A stretch of 64,000 bases of DNA from Candidatus Poribacteria bacterium (GTDB lineage: Bacteria; Poribacteria; WGA-4E; WGA-3G). Below, one piece after another: positions 58,411 through 64,000 of this stretch. Every line of letters begins with the position of its first letter. Position 1 is the stretch's first letter. Where the stretch lies: the NCBI GenBank assembly GCA_963665235.2, contig CAXXLX010000001.1, positions 3,488,001 to 3,552,000 of the forward strand, written 5' to 3'. The notes beneath the pieces were generated by a model, which was not told where the DNA came from, made no database searches, and worked only from the letters and a program-made list of their open reading frames with translations. Both the position numbers and the translations under genes were made by a program.

Positions 58411-58962
58411 TCATTGAAGGGATGATAACACCTTACCCCTGAGTGTTTCTACTTCTTCAGTAAGTGCGCTAATCATCTCATTTTGTTTGTGTATAAGTGC
58501 CGCAATCTGTTTCTCTGACGCGCTATCCTTCACTCTGAGTGTTTCTACTTCTTCGGTGAGTGCGCTAATTATCTCATTTTGTTTGTGTATAAGTGTCGCA
58601 ATCTGTTTCTCTGACGCGCTATTCTTCCTACTACGCCATGCCAGGATAATCTGTGGTATACCTACGGCTAAGACTATGAGAGCTATCAGAGCGAATACAA
58701 AGTTCGCGACCATTACGATTTGTTTTTCGACACCTGCGATCTGTTTTTCGACACCGGTTAAACGTCCATCTAATCGCGCAAAACCCGTTTTTAAAGACAC
58801 AATATCGGCTTTTATAGGTGTGAGTTCCTTGTCAATTATTTTTTCGACTTCCTCTTTGACAACCGTGCGAATTTCTTTGAGGTCTTGAGGTGTCAACTGT
58901 GCGAGAGATGGCAGTGTAAACATACACAAACAGACCGATAAACAGAAAATAGATTTCAACAT
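58411..58962 (-). CDS. exported/membrane coiled-coil hypothetical protein with a 32-aa tandem duplication
   Basis: Signal peptide, coiled coil, TM; 96-nt direct repeat. Confidence 0.8.
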   Translation of the reverse strand: MLKSIFCLSVCLCMFTLPSLAQLTPQDLKEIRTVVKEEVEKIIDKELTPIKADIVSLKTGFARLDGRLTGVEKQIAGVEKQIVMVANFVFALIALIVLAVGIPQIILAWRSRKNSASEKQIATLIHKQNEIISALTEEVETLRVKDSASEKQIAALIHKQNEMISALTEEVETLRGKVLSSLQ

Positions 58963-59207
58963 GGTTTACTCCTTTCAGGAAACCCGTTATTTTTTTCTAA
59001 AGCAATTATACAGAATTTTTCTGATTAATGCAACATCAATTTTTTCCAAATTAATTTTTGATATTTCGCAGAACTCTTTTTTCATTGACTATTTTTTCGC
59101 AGCAGGTTATCATGTTTTCATATATTTTTGAGCCAGCATGGGTGGGATATATCACTATCCTGCTCGTGCAACTATTTATGTGAAACGTACACAAAAGCGG
59201 GAACTAA

Positions 59208-60602
59208 TACCATTTTTATTAATTATTCTATCCTTACTAAAGTTTTATTCTAGATTTCAGGCAGCCTTGTCAAAAGGCAGGGCGTTATCTTGCGTTTCCT
59301 CGGGCAGAATATTCTGCGAGTTTGTTTTATCTTCGGAACTCGCAGAAAATCGGCGGCACAAAATCTGTGCTTGAAGATAAGCGACCCGCAGTCCTTGTGT
59401 GACTTAGGTTTATACCAATGAATGCCTAGTTTTTCACAGACCTGCTCAACACTGATAAGTTTTTGTGTCGTTTCCGGAATAGAAAAGATTAGCTTTGTTA
59501 GAGATGCAACGAAACTCAGTTGTAGGAAGCGATTGATGCTTTTTCGGGACTTGACCTGATTGAAACCGAAGTGTTGCTTTGCGTCGCGAAAGGCGGCATC
59601 TGGTATTGTGTGGTATGTCAAGCGTCAAATCACGGTAAGGTTTTGACTGTCTGTTTCTCGGATGACAACTATTTATTTTTGTTGCTATCTGTGATGCCAC
59701 TTGATACACAAATGGAGACGAAAAGCGGCGGATGTTTAACGGACGGCCGGGGCCTCGACGTTTCGGGACCATTTTCGCCCGACACAAGATATTGTTTGAA
59801 TGCCAAAACCGTCTCAAACATCGACGGGCGAACCCTCTATCAAAGATGATTAGCCCCGCAGGTATCTTGGAGACGATAAATCAAGACGGACTGTCTTCGG
59901 CACAACAAGCCTGACCCACACAGGAAAAGCCATTGCCAAACGCAGCAAACTATGAAGTTGATATGCTACTAAAAAAATGCACATAACGGTTTTCAAAGCA
60001 GACGTGTGGTCATAAACATAAACCCAATCCAGAAATAGTTTATTGCTCAATTTTGCCGCAAAGCGTCAATGCACAAACCGGGACAGTTTACTTCGTTCCG
60101 AAGACACTTGATTGATAAAAAACCCTGGGTATGGCAGCAATAAACCCAAACATCGCTTGGAAAAGCGAAGTTTTGTTGGTTTAAACAACTAAAATGTGAT
60201 AGAATATAAGCAAAAAAGAAGGTTCTCCAAGAAAATTTAATTTATTTTAAAATGAGAGACATTGTCCATCTTAATTCTTAAAATTGTTCAACTTTAGAAA
60301 TGGAGAATAACATGACAATGCTACTACAAAAACCAAACCTGGAAGTTTATGCTACTACAAAAATGCACAAACTGGAGTTTATGCTACTACAAAAATGCAC
60401 AAACTGGAAGTTTATGCTACTACAAAAATCGCTACTACAAAAATGCACAAACTGGAGTTTATGCTACTACAAAAATGCACAAACTGGAAGTTTATGCTAC
60501 TACAAAAATGCACAAACTGGAAGGTTCTGGAAGTTTATGCTACTACAAAAATGCACAAACTGGAAGTTTATGCTACAAGAAAGAGTTCAATTAGAAATGG
60601 TA
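59208..60602 (-). mobile_element. decayed IS (IS701/IS4-like DDE transposase remnant), probable parent of MITE family A
   Basis: Same TACCATTT ends and TAA TSD; fragments WVYVYDH, PKRRGPGRP, AFRDAKQHFG; REP array at 60320-60577. Confidence 0.8.
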
Positions 60603-60698
60603 TAACATGACAAACCAACCCCTGTCTATCTCCTTGCCGATCAGGTTCGTGCCTGTTCTCTGCCTGGGGAGGAACAGATTGAAAGGGGAGAAAAAATT

Positions 60699-61376
60699 AT
60701 GACTCAAAATAGCCAATTTACCGATGAACTCAGAAAATACGCTGCGCCTATCTGGGAGGCAGACCTCAAGCACCCGTTCGTTCGCGGAATTGCTGATGGA
60801 AGTCTACCCATCGAGAAGTTTAAGTTTTACCTGATTCAGGATTATCTGTTCCTGTTGGATTATAGCCGTGTCTTTGCGTACGGTGTTATCAAAGCTGCTG
60901 ATGAAGCGACGATGGCGATGTTTTCGCAATTGCTCAACGAAACGTTGAATACCGAGATGGATTTGCATCGGGGGTATTGTGAGAAATTTGGTATTTCCGC
61001 TGCGGAAATGGAAGCCGCACTGATGACACCTACAACCCACGCCTACACACGTCACCTGCTCCATGTCGCGCAAATTGGGACGCTGGCAGACCTTATCGCA
61101 GGCGTACTACCGTGTCAGTGGGGTTACGCCGAAATCGGCACGACACTTGCGGAACAGGGGGGCTCACCTGAACCGCTTTATCAGGAGTGGATAGATATGT
61201 ACGCCTCGCCTGAATTTCTGGCTTTAGGGGAGTGGTTGCGTTCCCAGCTAAACAACTTAACTGCTGAGAGCAGTACTGCCGAAAAACAGCGCATCCAGCA
61301 GCATTTCCTTCTCAGCAGTCGTTATGAATATCTCTTTTGGGAGATGGCGTGGACGGAACAAGAATGGCAAATTTAA
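60699..61376 (+). CDS. tenA: thiaminase II
   Basis: HPFV, FYLIQDYLFL, LPCQWGY (catalytic Cys), YQEWIDMY, EYLFWEMA. Confidence 0.95.
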   Translation: MTQNSQFTDELRKYAAPIWEADLKHPFVRGIADGSLPIEKFKFYLIQDYLFLLDYSRVFAYGVIKAADEATMAMFSQLLNETLNTEMDLHRGYCEKFGISAAEMEAALMTPTTHAYTRHLLHVAQIGTLADLIAGVLPCQWGYAEIGTTLAEQGGSPEPLYQEWIDMYASPEFLALGEWLRSQLNNLTAESSTAEKQRIQQHFLLSSRYEYLFWEMAWTEQEWQI

Positions 61377-63196
61377 GAATCCGGCTTCCCAATTGGCAGC
61401 ACAAAATAGACAACTGTGCCTTGTCCCAATTCACTTTCTAACCCTATCCGACCGTTGTGGCACAGCAGGATATGTTTGGCAATTGCCAAGCCTAAGCCTG
61501 TCCCTCCCATTGCGCGCGCACGTCCGCTGTCTACCCGATAAAACCTTTCAAACACGCGGGATTGTGCTTCTAATGGGATGCCGATGCCTGTGTCGGCTAT
61601 CCGGACGATGATTTCAGTCTGCGCCTCATCACTGTCCTGCGCCTGCTGCCCTTCGTTGGATGGGGCAGTCCCGATTTCAGCGGAGACAGTAATCGTCCCG
61701 CCATCAGGTGTATACTTAATCGCATTATCGATGAGGTTCACGAAAATCTGTGTGAAGAGCTGTCTATCCACATGAACCTGCGGTAAATTCTCAGGGATGT
61801 CCCACATCAAAACAATATTTGATTCCTCTAATGCCGGTTCAAACAGGTCCAAAATCGGTTTGTGGAAAACATCAAGGTGACAAGGGGTGTGTTTCAATTG
61901 GACATCGCCTGATTCAAGCCGCGCGAGTTCGAGCAAATCGGAGACGAGACGTGAGAGCCGCGCGGCATGATTTAGGATTTTGACAATAAACTGCTCATGT
62001 GTCTTGCTGTCAGCAAGCTCACTATTCAACAAAGTTTCGGCGTACCCCTGGATTGAGGTCAAAGGGGTTCGCAGTTCATGTGAGACGTTGGCCACGAAAT
62101 CTGCGCGTATCCGCTCCAATTGCCGTACCCGACTCACATCGTGGATAGCAATAACGTACTCCCGTCCAGCAGATACAGGCACAACGGTAACCTCTGCCTC
62201 CGGCTCTCCTAGATTTCCGAGTCGAATTTCTGCAAAAGCGACTGAATCGGTCTGTTCCGCTTGCTTGAGCAGTGCTTGTAGTTCAGGGATGCGGTTGATT
62301 TCAATCAGCGGGCTGCCGATATATGCCTCCGGGAGCGTCAGCATAGCAATCGCGGCGGGATTAGCGTAGGTAATTTCGGATGCTCCGTTCACCAGCAGTA
62401 AGCCTTCACTCATATTGGTCAAAATCGTTTCCAAACGTTGATGTTCTTGGGATATCTTGTGAAGCTGCCCCTGAATTCTGTCCGCCATCCGATTGAAATT
62501 CTGTGAGAGTTGCCCCAATTCGTTGTTAGAATTGACTGGTGCCCGCGAGGTAATTTTCCCGGCAGCAAGCGATTGCGTTGTCTGCGTCAAGTTCCCAATC
62601 GGTTTGACAATAGCCCCCGTGGTGAAAATGCTAACCAAAATTGCAAGAATTAAGCCTGCAATACTTGCAAATAGGAGCATCTGCCGGAGATTCCCAATTG
62701 CTGTATTAACAGCCTCCTTCGGCAGTGCAACGCGGCAAACACCTATTAGTGTGTCGTTTCGTTTTATCGGCAGTGCGAAGTAGTGGAACTCGGTTTGGGT
62801 TGTTGTACTGTAGCGGTCGCGCATGCCGGTTCCGAGTGCTATTGCGTCACGCACCTCAGGACGATTCCGATGATTGTCCATCAGACGGAGTGCCTGCCCA
62901 TTGCGTTCTGTATCTCCCCAGACAACGCCATCTTCGCCTATGAACGTCAAACGTGCTTTACCTGTCTTTCCAAGTCTATCAATAAGCGGGTCTATCGTTT
63001 CATAAGCGAATGCATCTACTTCAGAAAGTTTTTCAATCAGAAATTCTCGCGCTAATTTCGCCTGAATTTCCAATTCGCTTGTAATCCGGCTATTCAGTGA
63101 GTCGTTGAGCGTTTGCCCAAGATAGAGGTACATCGCGAATAACACCAAAAGCACGATACCTATATAACTGAGCGTCAGTTGTGTCCGAATATTCAT
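61373..63196 (-). CDS. PhoR-like sensor histidine kinase
   Basis: MDNHxxRPEV sCache-like domain, HAMP, PAS, DFVANVSHELRTPL, FERFYRVD. Confidence 0.9.
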   Translation of the reverse strand: MNIRTQLTLSYIGIVLLVLFAMYLYLGQTLNDSLNSRITSELEIQAKLAREFLIEKLSEVDAFAYETIDPLIDRLGKTGKARLTFIGEDGVVWGDTERNGQALRLMDNHRNRPEVRDAIALGTGMRDRYSTTTQTEFHYFALPIKRNDTLIGVCRVALPKEAVNTAIGNLRQMLLFASIAGLILAILVSIFTTGAIVKPIGNLTQTTQSLAAGKITSRAPVNSNNELGQLSQNFNRMADRIQGQLHKISQEHQRLETILTNMSEGLLLVNGASEITYANPAAIAMLTLPEAYIGSPLIEINRIPELQALLKQAEQTDSVAFAEIRLGNLGEPEAEVTVVPVSAGREYVIAIHDVSRVRQLERIRADFVANVSHELRTPLTSIQGYAETLLNSELADSKTHEQFIVKILNHAARLSRLVSDLLELARLESGDVQLKHTPCHLDVFHKPILDLFEPALEESNIVLMWDIPENLPQVHVDRQLFTQIFVNLIDNAIKYTPDGGTITVSAEIGTAPSNEGQQAQDSDEAQTEIIVRIADTGIGIPLEAQSRVFERFYRVDSGRARAMGGTGLGLAIAKHILLCHNGRIGLESELGQGTVVYFVLPIGKPDS

Positions 63197-63322
63197 TAAG
63201 TCTCCTCTTGAAAATCGGTTTTGCTGCCGGTGAAAAAATAGGCAGATAACTTGAGAATTACCTGCCTTCTGTGTTACGGTCGACATTTCCTGAAGCTTTC
63301 GTTACCTGAGGAGGGGCCCCAC

Positions 63323-64000
63323 TCAATCTGTTCGCTTGAGGTGACCCCACCGAACGGTAAGTTTCTCCAATGGAGACACAGCGAGAGACCCTGCTACCCA
63401 ATGTGGATAGAGAGCGTTGCCCTTCGGGAGGTTTGTCAGATTTGTCAACTGACGACTACCTAAGTCATAACGATAGATGTCATAATTGGCATCGGGGGCA
63501 TGCACGTCGAATTGGATATATAAAAGCACCGTGCTATCGTCTTCCATCCAACATCCCACGCCGACTAGCGAATCTACAGGAAAATCGTGTATCTCTCTCT
63601 TGCCTGTCAGCACGTTCTGAACAATGAGACGTTCCGCGAATTTTTTCCAATCAAGCGTGCCCTCTAATTCACTGTACATGATGTATTTACCAGAGGGGGA
63701 CCAGCTTACCTCATGTCGCCAAAGAATGGTTCCGCCATGGTGAGCTGGGCTGAGCTGTTTTCTGTCGCCTCTGCCATCCGCATTGACAATCCAAATGTTT
63801 TCACCTTTAGGCCCCTCATGTTCGTAGGCGAGCTGTTTGCTATTCGGAGACCAGGCCAAATCTTAGCGGACCACCCCTTGTGATTGAAGTTATCTGTTAC
63901 CTGTCCCAGTCTTCCGCTTTCTAAATGTAGTGTGTAGATATCATAGTGCCCCGAGCGGTCACTCTTAAATGCAATCTGTTTACCATCCGGTGATACTCTC
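63323..64000 (-). CDS. TolB-like PD40 beta-propeller protein (partial; apparent frameshift near 63865)
   Basis: SPDGKQIAFKSDRSG upstream in a different frame from WSPNSKQLAY; C-terminal LAVSP..KL...WG.LK tail. Confidence 0.75.

Noticed and set aside
60606-60698. TPP riboswitch upstream of tenA
   Set aside because: No sense-strand CTGAGA...CCTGAT aptamer; kept only as a low-interest finding

Overview
Bacterial chromosomal window of moderate GC. The gene families (ECF sigma-TM-beta-propeller fusions, FGE-sulfatase lipoprotein, STT3-like enzyme, dense short repeats) resemble Candidatus Poribacteria; this is inference only. The housekeeping backbone is tsaE (3' end), galK, ROK kinase, a partner-switching signalling cluster, rsmG-mnmG, recR-ybaB-dnaX-ffs, a six-tRNA/tadA cluster, murJ, hisF, tenA and a PhoR-like kinase. 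Accessory content: (i) two near-identical IS200/IS605-type OMEGA elements encoding IsrB plus omegaRNA, each with a different flank-derived guide and an ATGA TAM. One sits inside the 5' end of murJ, and its right end supplies an in-frame, translationally coupled restart codon. The other carries two identical AGGTTTCC edits. (ii) At least five MITE families with distinct TIRs and TSDs, loaded with GTAG-type REP hairpins, including variable-length tandem REP arrays with compensatory stem changes, plus a decayed parent IS. (iii) A locus of Cys/His-rich exported proteins, one ending in five tandem NNSSG sequon repeats, next to an STT3/AglB-like oligosaccharyltransferase. (iv) Four mosaic one-component ECF sigma-propeller genes sharing an upstream promoter motif. 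(v) An FGE-sulfatase gene with a DGR-like variable-region signature. No CRISPR array. Several frameshifts may be assembly errors.
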